From Paraphysomonas bandaiensis (taxonomy: Eukaryota; Protista; Chrysophyceae), in contig CBFFRP010000130.1 in the NCBI GenBank assembly GCA_965644295.1, positions 1 through 49,103 of the forward strand: DNA of 49,103 bases, written 5' to 3'. The translations under genes were made by a program, and so were the position numbers. Below are positions 36,793 to 47,414 of this stretch, piece after piece (the first letter of the stretch is position 1; the number at the start of each line of letters is the position of its first letter). The notes below the pieces were generated by a model that was not told where the DNA came from, did not search any database, and saw nothing but the letters and a program-made list of their open reading frames with translations.

Positions 36793-37249
36793 ATAGAATC
36801 ATCAGAGTGACACCTATACTGTATTTTATTTGACCGCATGAATATGGGCATTTTGTGCGTGTCTATAGATTTGTTTGAGTTATGCTTTGTAGTGATCGCT
36901 TCTTGCTTCTGTATTATTTTTACTTAAGGATCTAATGCGTCAGGGTATACCGCTGCTAGGATGAGCTAATTGTTGTATCGTTTCCTTTGCTTCATGCTTA
37001 CTGCGATACTGGCTGTAGATTCAATAGCATGATATCTAGATCAGTACTAGGAAACAATATTAATATAATTGCAATGTCTTACCGTCAATAATCTACTATT
37101 ACAAATAAATAAAGTATAAATTGATAAAATCAAATACTAGAAATAACATAGTAGCATTATAATCACAAAAAAGGTAAAACTTCCTAGAAGTTACGGTGTA
37201 AATGGGAGTCACTCTCACTATACTTTATACTTTATACTTCTCATCTCTC

Positions 37250-37542
37250 TGTTGAGATCTGAAGATTCTATATACTTGCAATTGAGTGCAGTATTATGTG
37301 AGATGCAAGGATCGAAAGATATATATGTAATTAGTACATTATATTATGTAGTATGAAACTGAAGTAGAAGTGGATGACTATACAGGATACGATCACTGAG
37401 TGGGTGGTTTGTACACTATAGTAGTAAATGAATGGTGTTGAACACATCGAACACAACTTAGGTTCTTTATCATGTAATGTTTATAATTTCATCTTATCAG
37501 TTGAGAATAGTAAACCTTAGCAAATAATGTCAACTTCTGTTA
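37250..37542 (+). repeat. 5' LTR (TG...TA termini)
   Basis: TGTTGAGATC...TCAACTTCTGTTA. Confidence 0.97.
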
Positions 37543-40500
37543 TGGTAGCGAATGCTAGTTGTAGGGATGGGGAAGATGACAAGAAGCTACGGTTTGACAA
37601 GAACCAAGCAGACTATTCAGCGAGAAAAATCAAGATGCATCTAATGAAGAAAAACCGAAACCATCTTGGCTTGGAGGACCCGCCAGCCGGAGGAAGGAAT
37701 TTAGAGTCATGGAGAGAGCGTAATGATACCTGTGTTAGTACTATTTGGGAGGCTTGCGAGCATGACCCTGATGTGTTGGAGGTAGCCAATCAATATTTGG
37801 AGGGGAAGGCAATTTTACCTGCTGATGATCCTGCTAAGGAGGTGTTATCCAGTGAGCTCCTTCAGACACTGGTTGATAGGTTCAGAGGCGAGATTGGGAC
37901 TGTATTGGAGAAGACTACGGCAGAATACCATTCGTTCAAAATAAGGCCGGGGGAAAAGGTGTCTGTTGGGGTAGATCGACTGAACGGTATAATCCAGAAG
38001 CTCATAAAATTGGGACAACCGCAGACAGAGGCAAGTAAATTAGCAAAGATAAAAGCAGCGCTGCAGATAGAGGAATTACATGATTTATGGATGTCGGTAG
38101 CGATGATGCCTAAAGCAACAACTACATTTGATTCGGTGAAAGAGGCTTGTGAAGAGTATGACGAGGCTATGACGCAGCTGAAGAAACTAAAGGGAGACAA
38201 ATCTGAAGAGATCAATTTTACGGCGTCGAAGGAGCCAGTGGTTTGTTCATTTTGTCGGAAGAAGGGACATGTAGCAGCGAATTGTTATGCTAAGGAACGA
38301 CAAAGAAAAATGGATAAGTTCAAAAGAAAAGGGAAGACAAAGGAAAAGGCTTCGAAGAGTGTGCAGCAGCCAGGATCAAAGGATTATACTGGTTGTCATA
38401 TCTGTGGAGATTTTAGTCATAAAGCCCGACAGTGCAAGTCGAAAAAACGGAAGAACATAAAAAACCCGGATAATGAGAATCCTCGAAAATCGAACAGGAA
38501 ATTCGAGACAGAATGGAAGAAATACGTCAACGACGGAGAGTCGTCGGATGATGAAGCGAATATGTTTGGAGAAGAGGTTTGGCTATCGGTGGATACGTCG
38601 GAAGAACCTCGTGTATATCTGGACAGTTGTGCAAGTAAAAGACTGTTTATAGTAAAGGATAAAATTGCACTGGAGTCATTTACTCCTGAGTTTGGGGCAA
38701 TCCAACTAACTAGAAAGGGTTCTCAATTGGAGACACAGGGAACTGGTACATTCGGGGAATGGAGAGACATCAGAGTTAGTGAAGAAGCGGTGAAGAACAT
38801 TGTGTCAGGAGGAATGCTGAGATCAATGGGATACGGATTACAACTGCTTCGAAAGCCTAAAATCGTGGAATTGGACTCTGGAAACGAGGTGTTGACTGGA
38901 GAGTACGATGAGCATGGAGGAATGCCGTATGTGGACTTGATGGAGGTGTTAAATCTGCCAAATGTGTCTATGTGCAATCAGATGGAGGAGGTAAATTTGT
39001 CGGATAATACAGGACAAGATGCGTTGGATCGCTTACATGAGCGTACTGGACATGTCTCGAAATCGAAGTTAATAGAAGCTCACCGACACATGTTATTCAG
39101 AGGATCAGGACTACAACGACATCACCTTTCGAAGGCAAAGGAGAAGAGTTGCAAGAAACCCCTGTGTAAATGGTGTGCCAAGGCGAAGATAACCAGGCAT
39201 TCGTTCAAATCACGGGACAACGAAGAGCTAAGCGCAGTCAGGTTCCTGGAAAGAGTAACAGCGGACATCTCCGTCTATCTCAATTGTGAATCCAGACAAG
39301 GGTATAAGTACGTGCTCCTATTTACGGACTTAGCAACAAAGATGATATGGGAATATGGATTGAGGACTCGAAGCGGAGAGGAGGTGTTCAAATGTCTACG
39401 ACACTTGTGCGAGGTCCACTTAGTGAAGTACGAGGGGTGGAACCGTATAGTGGAGTATCATGCCGATGGAGGATCCGAACTTATTAGTCAGCAGATAAGA
39501 GAGTATCTGTTGCAGCGATATGGGACTCGGGTGTCACATACAACACGAGACACGCCAGAGCTCAACGCGGTGTCTGAGAGGAAATTCCGAACAATTGGGG
39601 AGATGACACTGACGATGTTGACGGCATCTGGACTTCCAAAGTCGTTCTGGTTTGATGCTTATCAAACTGCATGTTACATTGTGCGACGAATGCCAACTCG
39701 GACGTGGCAAGGATGGATGTCTCCATATGAGTGTGTCCCAGGGGGGAGCGTTCCCAGCCTATCGTGGCTACGGAAATGGGGGTGCAAAGCATATGTGCTA
39801 ACACCCAAGGCCGACAGGAGGAAGGACTGGGAGGACAAAGCAATGACAGGTTATTTCATAGGGTATCCAGCTGATCGAAAAGGATACAAGGTGCTAGTGG
39901 GGGACACCGTAGTACACTCTGTACATGTATTATTTGATGAATCGGTACCTGAGAGGTCTCAGGATTATTATAGAGAGCTGGAGGAGGCTCAAGTGGCTAT
40001 AGATCCCGAGGCTCGTCAACCGGGTGAGTTTGAGTATCTTATCGGAAAGCACCATGAGGATGGTGGTCTGCTATACAAGACTAACAGAGTGGTGATAAGG
40101 AAGGGACTTATTGTGGGATACCGGTCGTTGGTTACTGGTAACCAGGTTCAAGTGGAGGATAAAACTCCTATTCATATTGCTGACATCAAGAAGATGACAG
40201 AGGATCTTGCGCAGAGGGTGGTTAGGGCCAGAGTTACTGACAACCGTGACGGCGGTATCAGCGGAGTGGTGCCACAGCAGTCGGAAAGTGGGCAGGTGCA
40301 GCCCCAGGCTGACTCAGCATTACCTTCGGGGGAAGGGACCCCTGCCGAGAATCATCCGCACGGCAAACGCGCAAGAACTCCAAGGACGGTAACGAATGTG
40401 TCGGTGTTAGGACAAATCCATCATTTGAGTGATGAGAGTGATGTGAGTGACCTTTTACAGGAGGCAGACTCAGTGTGGATGTCAGCGGAAGAGTCGACAG

Positions 40501-42125
40501 TGCCTCAGACACATCGTGAGTCCTTGGAGAGTGCCGAGCACAGGGAGTGGAGACGAGCTCGCCGTGTAGAGCGAGAGGGTTTGGCGAAGCGAGATACCAT
40601 GGAGGTGACTCGTATACCGGACGGAGTCGTCCCACTGCACTCCAAGTACGTCTATGGAAAGAAGTACGATAAGGAGGGAGAGGTCCGCCGATATAAGGCT
40701 CGTCTTGTAGCAATCGGTTGTGGACAGCAGTCGAGTGGTTGGGCGAACCATTTCGCACCCGTTGTTAAGGGGGTAACAGTGCGACTGTTAATCGCCATAG
40801 CTTTCGTGATGAACATGGTAATTCATCAACTGGATGTGTCTAACGCATTTCTATATGCAGATATAGAGGGGGACGTATATATGAAGGCAACTCCGGACTT
40901 TCAGCTGCCTGAGGGGTACTGCTTTAAGCTGAAGAAGTCGTTATACGGGCTTCGGAGTTCCCCGCGGTCGTGGTGGAAAACATTGGATAAATTCATACGA
41001 TCTATGCATTTTAAACCATGTGTATTAGACCCGTGTTTGTATTATCAGTATAAGGGCGATGAATTGATATTATTAACGATATATGTGGATGATATCCTAG
41101 TGTTAGGTCGTGATGTCAACATAGTGAAGGATATTAAAGCTCAACTGTGTGCCCGGTTTGATATGAAGGATATGGGCGAGATGGAACATTTTCTGAATGT
41201 TCGAGTCACAAGAACGCCAGAGTATATTCGTCTTGACCAATCAGTATATGCGGCTAAGATCTTAGAAAAGTTTGAAAAGTATCTTGGGTCACCGCGAAAG
41301 GTACGGAAGAGTCCTCTACCGGCGGAAGCAATGGATTTAGTGGCAAAAGGGGCGCGGCATGAGCATACCGAGGAGGAACAGCTTATAGTAGATAACTTCC
41401 CATATCGGCCGCTGATAGGTGCATTACTATATCTATCGATGAACACGAGGCCGGATATTGCCTATGCAGTGGGAGTACTGTCTCGGTTCAGTAATAAGGT
41501 GAATATTGAAGTATGCAAGCTATTAACACATGTATGGCAATATATTCGTGGTTCTATTGACAAAGGGATTCAATATGGGAGTAGACGGTTCGACTTCCAT
41601 ATGTTTACTGACGCGGATTGGGCGGGAGATCAGCTCTCCAGGAAGTCCACGTCGGGGTACGTTGGGTTTGCAGCGGGAGGGCCTATAGTCTGGCAGTCCA
41701 AACTGCAGACGACAGTGGCAACGTCAAGCATGCAGTCTGAGTATCAGTGTATTTACTCGGGTCTCCAAGAAGTGCTATGGGTTCGGGGGGTGACGGGTGA
41801 GATTAAGTTGAGGCTCATCAAACCCACACCATTCTTCATCGACAGTCAGAGTGCCCAGGATTTGGCCGAAAATCCAGTGTTTCACAAGAAGTCGAAGCAC
41901 ATTGAGATTAAGTATCACATGGTGAGAGAGCACGTGGATCCCAATCAGTTCAATACGATTAAGTTAGTGCATGTGCATACATCGCAACAAGCAGCAGATA
42001 TTTATACAAAGTCATTGGTTGGTTTATCATATATGGAGCAGAGAAAGAGAAATCTTGGAGAGAAAGTTAAGAGTTCCACTGAAGTGATTAATGAGGGACC
42101 AAGGGATAAAAGAAGGCGCAAGTAG
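37527..42125 (+). CDS. Copia gag-pol polyprotein (gag, two CCHC knuckles, PR, IN, RT, RNase H)
   Basis: CSFCRKKGHVAANC, CHICGDFSHKARQC; protease YLDSCAS; IN HERTGH..CKWC, TADIS, HADGGSE, NAVSERKFRT; RT YKARLVA, QLDVSNAFL, YVDDI; RH DADWAGD, KHIEIKYH, ADIYTK. Copia domain order. Confidence 0.97.
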   Translation: MSTSVMVANASCRDGEDDKKLRFDKNQADYSARKIKMHLMKKNRNHLGLEDPPAGGRNLESWRERNDTCVSTIWEACEHDPDVLEVANQYLEGKAILPADDPAKEVLSSELLQTLVDRFRGEIGTVLEKTTAEYHSFKIRPGEKVSVGVDRLNGIIQKLIKLGQPQTEASKLAKIKAALQIEELHDLWMSVAMMPKATTTFDSVKEACEEYDEAMTQLKKLKGDKSEEINFTASKEPVVCSFCRKKGHVAANCYAKERQRKMDKFKRKGKTKEKASKSVQQPGSKDYTGCHICGDFSHKARQCKSKKRKNIKNPDNENPRKSNRKFETEWKKYVNDGESSDDEANMFGEEVWLSVDTSEEPRVYLDSCASKRLFIVKDKIALESFTPEFGAIQLTRKGSQLETQGTGTFGEWRDIRVSEEAVKNIVSGGMLRSMGYGLQLLRKPKIVELDSGNEVLTGEYDEHGGMPYVDLMEVLNLPNVSMCNQMEEVNLSDNTGQDALDRLHERTGHVSKSKLIEAHRHMLFRGSGLQRHHLSKAKEKSCKKPLCKWCAKAKITRHSFKSRDNEELSAVRFLERVTADISVYLNCESRQGYKYVLLFTDLATKMIWEYGLRTRSGEEVFKCLRHLCEVHLVKYEGWNRIVEYHADGGSELISQQIREYLLQRYGTRVSHTTRDTPELNAVSERKFRTIGEMTLTMLTASGLPKSFWFDAYQTACYIVRRMPTRTWQGWMSPYECVPGGSVPSLSWLRKWGCKAYVLTPKADRRKDWEDKAMTGYFIGYPADRKGYKVLVGDTVVHSVHVLFDESVPERSQDYYRELEEAQVAIDPEARQPGEFEYLIGKHHEDGGLLYKTNRVVIRKGLIVGYRSLVTGNQVQVEDKTPIHIADIKKMTEDLAQRVVRARVTDNRDGGISGVVPQQSESGQVQPQADSALPSGEGTPAENHPHGKRARTPRTVTNVSVLGQIHHLSDESDVSDLLQEADSVWMSAEESTVPQTHRESLESAEHREWRRARRVEREGLAKRDTMEVTRIPDGVVPLHSKYVYGKKYDKEGEVRRYKARLVAIGCGQQSSGWANHFAPVVKGVTVRLLIAIAFVMNMVIHQLDVSNAFLYADIEGDVYMKATPDFQLPEGYCFKLKKSLYGLRSSPRSWWKTLDKFIRSMHFKPCVLDPCLYYQYKGDELILLTIYVDDILVLGRDVNIVKDIKAQLCARFDMKDMGEMEHFLNVRVTRTPEYIRLDQSVYAAKILEKFEKYLGSPRKVRKSPLPAEAMDLVAKGARHEHTEEEQLIVDNFPYRPLIGALLYLSMNTRPDIAYAVGVLSRFSNKVNIEVCKLLTHVWQYIRGSIDKGIQYGSRRFDFHMFTDADWAGDQLSRKSTSGYVGFAAGGPIVWQSKLQTTVATSSMQSEYQCIYSGLQEVLWVRGVTGEIKLRLIKPTPFFIDSQSAQDLAENPVFHKKSKHIEIKYHMVREHVDPNQFNTIKLVHVHTSQQAADIYTKSLVGLSYMEQRKRNLGEKVKSSTEVINEGPRDKRRRK

Positions 42126-42250
42126 GTACTGAGTTTTTTAGACAGAGGTTTAGACTTAGAGATGAGTCTATTTTACTGTCAAGAATTTTTTTATCTCAGG
42201 CATTCAATAGCTGGGAGGCGTCATAAGTACAACACTCAATTGAGGGGGAG

Positions 42251-42543
42251 TGTTGAGATCTGAAGATTCTATATACTTGCAATTGAGTGCAGTATTATGT
42301 GAGATGCAAGGATCGAAAGATATATATGTAATTAGTACATTATATTATGTAGTATGAAACTGAAGTAGAAGTGGATGACTATACAGGATACGATCACTGA
42401 GTGGGTGGTTTGTACACTATAGTAGTAAATGAATGGTGTTGAACACATCGAACACAACTTAGGTTCTTTATCATGTAATGTTTATAATTTCATCTTATCA
42501 GTTGAGAATAGTAAACCTTAGCAAATAATGTCAACTTCTGTTA
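42251..42543 (+). repeat. 3' LTR (TG...TA termini)
   Basis: Identical to the 5' LTR by eye. Confidence 0.97.
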
Positions 42544-42724
42544 CTCTCGTCACCACTCTCATCACCACTCTGACCCAAATCTCAAGGCCCAAAGGTCTCA
42601 CCAACTTTATTATTCTTGCACCAGATCGCACCCATGTATATATCATATCAGGGCCAGGGAGCAAAATATGGTATTGAAATGTATTGATTGGTCGGACAGC
42701 AAAATCAATCAACCAACATTGATA

Positions 42725-44811
42725 TATTGAAAGTCTTATTATTAGTTAGCAATAGGCGTTAAAAACCTGCATCAATGTAGTGGCTACTATAGTTGAATAT
42801 ATTTAAAGCCTTATTATTACAGTAGGCGTTAAAAACCTGCACCAACTTAGTAGCTAGATGAATGCTAGACAAACTAGTTAGACCTCTACCTGTAACTAAT
42901 CAGTACACATTTTTTTATTCTACTATTTAACGCTACGGAAGCTGCTTGTGCGTCGCCGCAAGCACACTTATTGGTGTCCTTTGTACCATACAAGAAGCAT
43001 TCGGCTATGAGTGGGCAGAAGAATATCTGCTGACTCACGTTAGTTTCCCGGAGAAATCTCTCCGGTACTTATCCCCCAGAACACCATGAAATGGTGCGAG
43101 TCCGACTTTGTTGAGGGGGCTAGTTGAATGCTAGACAAACTAGTTAGACCTCTACCTGTAACTAATCAGTACACATTTTATTATCCTACTATTTAGCGCT
43201 ATAGAAGCTGCTTGTGCGTCGCCGCAAGCACCAAGGTGCGACCACTTCCGTTCTTAATGTTGATTGTGAGTTTCGCCATGATTGTGTGTCCTAGGACTCA
43301 CTGGCACGTGTTATCAGGGGGTCTCCCGATGAGATTCCACCAGGCTCTGAGGTACAGGGTTCTGTATTAAGGTCCTGAGTGTACCGAGTGCTAGATGTGT
43401 GTGCTGGGAGGTGGGTGGGGAGGTGGAATGTTGTGGCGTTGTCTCAGTGCACCGTTTGGGCCTCGTCGGGCTATAGGTAGAGTTCCCGGAGACGGCGTCG
43501 TTGTCGAGGGCCTAAAGGTTTCATCGGGACGGTGATGTGTTCCTCTGGGTATGAGTGGTGGGGTTCGTGTGTACGGTGGGCGGTGCTCCAGCAGTCTCGG
43601 GTCGTCTGCGGACTCCTAGTAGTAATCGTAGCACCCTTGGGCGTTTCCATTGCTGTCTACGTTTATGACGCGGTCGCGGGAGTAGCCTAGAGGGGGTTCT
43701 GTGTGTAGGGTAATATATATATCGTCGACTTCTTGGATTATGAGCTTTGCTGCAGCATAAAGCGGGAGAAGCATACTGATGACGGCTGCTTCAAGGCTTC
43801 GCAGACCTTGGGGTGTCAAGGACTCATAGATGTGATCTCCAAAAACCACCTCGAGTGTTGTGCAGAGGTGGTGATAGTACCTGTCCAGAATCTCTCCACC
43901 CCTGCTGCGGGAAGGATGGGCCCCAGGCCCTGCTGGAGAGCCGCTGTAGCGCATTGGTGGTCCAGTGGGGTAGATCTTGATCTCTCAGAATCTCGTGAAG
44001 CGCGTTTTTGTGGCCATTAAAGGCAGTCTCCCGTATCTGGGTGATGGTGTCATGTGTTCAGTCTAGACACATGTGTTTGAGTGAGTCTATAGTCGAAAGC
44101 CGCAGTCAGAACATGCGGCTATGACCAGGTCGAGTCCTTGTTTGGTTTTAACCCAGTTTTTCGCTATGCTGTAAGATTTGCCCCATGTCAATAATATGCT
44201 GCATTGAGCACTCTCTGGCGTAGGTGTGAACTATATATTTATCCTTTCTTTGATGGACAACCATCTGCTTGTGCCAGTTTGCGCGGAAGTAGTGCCCCGC
44301 TGTTTGTCCAATATCCAGGCACCCGGTCAGGATTGTGGATGTAGCGTTGATCTCAAAGTGCAGTGTAGGTCTCCATCCGTTGGGTGCGGAGTCCGTGAGT
44401 AGGGGGCTTGTATGATGCGGCCAATGCCATAAACCCGCCGTCGTGAGTATCCGTCCAATGGCTTGGTCCACTTCGATGTTACAGACAGTGTAATTTTGTC
44501 GTCCCAGTAGTCGGTCAACTTCAAGCCAGTCGTCTCCGGCTATTGCATCTACAATATAAATGCCTTTGTCGTCATAATATATATGTCCATTCAGATTCAT
44601 CAGTGGTAAGTCGTTCAGGGTGTGATCGGACCCAGGCTACATTACTTTTTCAAGCTTTATTTGCTGCAATGCTTTTCGAGCAGTACACCTTTGACGTCTG
44701 GTGGAAAGTGCCTCGTCAGTGCGGATGCATATGGCTTTACAGTCAGTCTGTGTTGATCGGTATGTGCGCAGGAGGGAGTCGCGCAAAGAGTATAAGTGTC
44801 ATATAGCAGCT
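42725..44811 (-). mobile_element. 5'-truncated decayed non-LTR retrotransposon (LINE) with reiterated 3' ends
   Basis: Minus strand, frameshifted: RNase H motifs (T)DCKAI and VAWVRSHPE..DDKGIYIVDAIAG, then a CCHC knuckle CSDCG..IDSLKHMCLD(*)TH. Probable 10-bp TSD AACATTGATA (42715-42724) / AACATTAATA (44812-44821). Confidence 0.8.
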
Positions 44812-45716
44812 AACATTAATATTGATGCACATTATATTCTTATAGCAAGAAAAAAACTATTCAACCTATTTGTCAAATAGGTGTGATTTCCTTGTCATGC
44901 TAATATTGGCGTAAAACCTAGTCAAAGCAAGAAATGCTTCAATCTACCAAATTTAGTTATAGACATATAGTCATAAATTGTACTTGCATAATATTGCTTC
45001 ACACAAAAAGCAACAATAGGGTCACACAACGGGTAAAAAGTAAAACCAATTCAGCATAGTTCAGCAGGCGAAAACAAAGTTAAAGAACTGAAAAATAGAG
45101 ATATATTGGCAGAACTCCACTAGTTTCTGTACGCAACCGTACTCATGTAATAATCAGACTTTCATATATTGGCAGAACTCCATCGCTCACTCCTCCTCAC
45201 AGTGAGTTGTTTCTGGGGGTGTAGTGAGTTGGGTTATCATGTGAATCACTGTAGTACTGAAAATGAAATATACGCTTGCATTAATTAATTAATTAATAAT
45301 ACTAATTATTAATTAGTAATAAAAGTAGTGTTTTATTGATGGGTCGCTGCCGTACCATGCTATTTGAATATATAATATGATATTGTTCCTAAGCCCTGAT
45401 ATATATTTAGAGTGTTGTTGGCTGCACTGTCGTACCACTATGTTTGCCTCTATACTGAATCACCGTTAGCATATTATATATATATATATAGAAATACAAC
45501 TTATAGGAGCAATGCATTTTCGATTATATATTTCTTCATTTCTTAGTCAGAAAGCATCACCCGCTTCGCATAACCTCAATTCTTGACTGCATTGGCGCCT
45601 TTCTATGGTTGAAGTGGTTACTCCATTCCAGGCAGCATGTGTGTTTATTCTATTCATGTATGTGAATAAGTTGTACACATGGGAAATAAAAACAGTAGAA
45701 AATTGATATAAACATT

Positions 45717-47059
45717 TATATCGCTGGATAATGAAACGGAAGTACTCCACTCATGCATAAGACTATCAAACTTCACTTTAGATGGAGACAGGCCTCATAA
45801 TATTCGATAAGAACTTATGTTCAGTGGATCAGGGAGCATTTCAGTCTAAATAGAGATGCATTCAATGCAATAAAACAGTATCTTACAAGTAATATCTCAA
45901 CAAATACTCTGCATTTATTGATAATGTTTTGATGTTTTGTGCAGCTAACGATGATACCATCGATTTACTGTAGTAAATCCCTACAGTTTGTTATATATAT
46001 TGGATTATGATACTCTGCCTGGACAGATCAACATATCAAAGTTTGGCATTATATATATGTGAAGTACTGACTTAACAACTGAAAGGTAAACTTATACTTT
46101 AAGGTGAAAATTATAAATTGTAATCAATGCCTGTTACTATTCACCAATTTCATGTTGTCTCTACTTCCACTCACCACTCATTTCTCGTACGATATTACTT
46201 CGTCACTATAACTTACATAGTACGATTAATAAGAGTGCAACTGTATACTATTGTAATTTAAATTTTAAATACCTTATAACTACAGCTTTTAATTGCTCAC
46301 ATATAGCAGAACTCAACACAACACAATCATGGAACGCAAAACAAAAGTAGCCGCAGCATTCGAGTTTCAAAGTAAATATATTACGCAAACTCTCACATTT
46401 CTAATCGTTATTTTTAACGTAATTTCATGATTATCGAAGGTCATTAGGGGTTTACATGAATACGTAGTGTACTAGCTATAATCTAATATGAACTGCCTTG
46501 TTAATCTAATGCTTTTAATTTTATTATTGGACATATAATTATTCTTATTTCATACTAAACTCTAAATTAAATGTGTTATCCACTGGGACATGCCTATATA
46601 CATGTGCAGCAAGTGGTCAAGTTGAAATATATAATAATTAATACCAACCAAAGCATATATGAATATCACTGCACGTTCCTACATTTCATAAGTCGTGCGC
46701 ATGAAATAAGATCTGCATATACACTTTTCCGTTCTGGATGGTGGATACATGAAGGTTATTATTCCTCAACCACTCCGCAATACATGACTGCCCTTCATTA
46801 TTAACTGCACTCCTCTGGCTAAACCATATATTTGCAACAAAGTTTCTTTGTTTTTTTCGCAGTATTGTTTACTTTCATTGAATAGATGCGGAGAAATTAC
46901 CGTTTCAAAGTCATCCAAAGAACACAGTCTCATTGAATTCAATACATCTCTATTCAGACAGAAATGCTCCCTGATCCACTGAACATAAGTTCTTAGCGAA
47001 TCTTATGAGGCCTGTCTGCATCTAATGTGGAGTATTCCCTCTCTCTATCCAGCGATATA
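45717..47059. repeat. Long inverted repeat, arms ~45717-45871 and ~46932-47059
   Basis: Core 45778-45871 vs reverse complement of 46932-47025: 8 mismatches in 94 bp by hand count. Confidence 0.88.
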
Positions 47060-47414
47060 TCAAGGAATGCATGACAATTCGATACAGATTACATGTCTCC
47101 GATATGTATTGCTCCTCAATAATCAATTATAAGCACTCAATTCATCAGGACGATTGCGGCACTTCGTCCTGATATGCATGCATGTGTGCAGTTATTGTGT
47201 TATAATATAGGCATTTATTGCTTGCTTTTCTGCATACAGTACATATTTTTTTATATAGTGCTTAGAACAACTATACTATCCTACCGCCCGGAATACTGCA
47301 ATAAAATGATAATACGGAATGATGGATACTTCGTAAAATATTGTGAGTTAGTTCACCATCATCAACAGGTTCCCATCTCTCTCTAATACATTACACGAAA
47401 TCCCACTAACTGGC

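Larger units (their letters stand above)
37250..42543 (+). mobile_element. Intact, very recent Ty1/Copia LTR retrotransposon (5294 bp)
   Basis: Two 293-bp LTRs, identical by eye. TSD CTCTC at 37245-37249 and 42544-42548. PBS TGGTAGCGAA at 37543; PPT GAGGGGGAG at 42242-42250; one open polyprotein. Confidence 0.98.

Noticed and set aside
37862-41446. Short ORFs overlapping the Copia polyprotein
   Set aside because: Antisense or off-frame shadows with no recognisable motifs.
45101-45182. 19-bp direct repeat ATATATTGGCAGAACTCCA spaced by 44 bp (CRISPR-like spacing)
   Set aside because: Only two copies, eukaryotic context and no cas genes; a local duplication.
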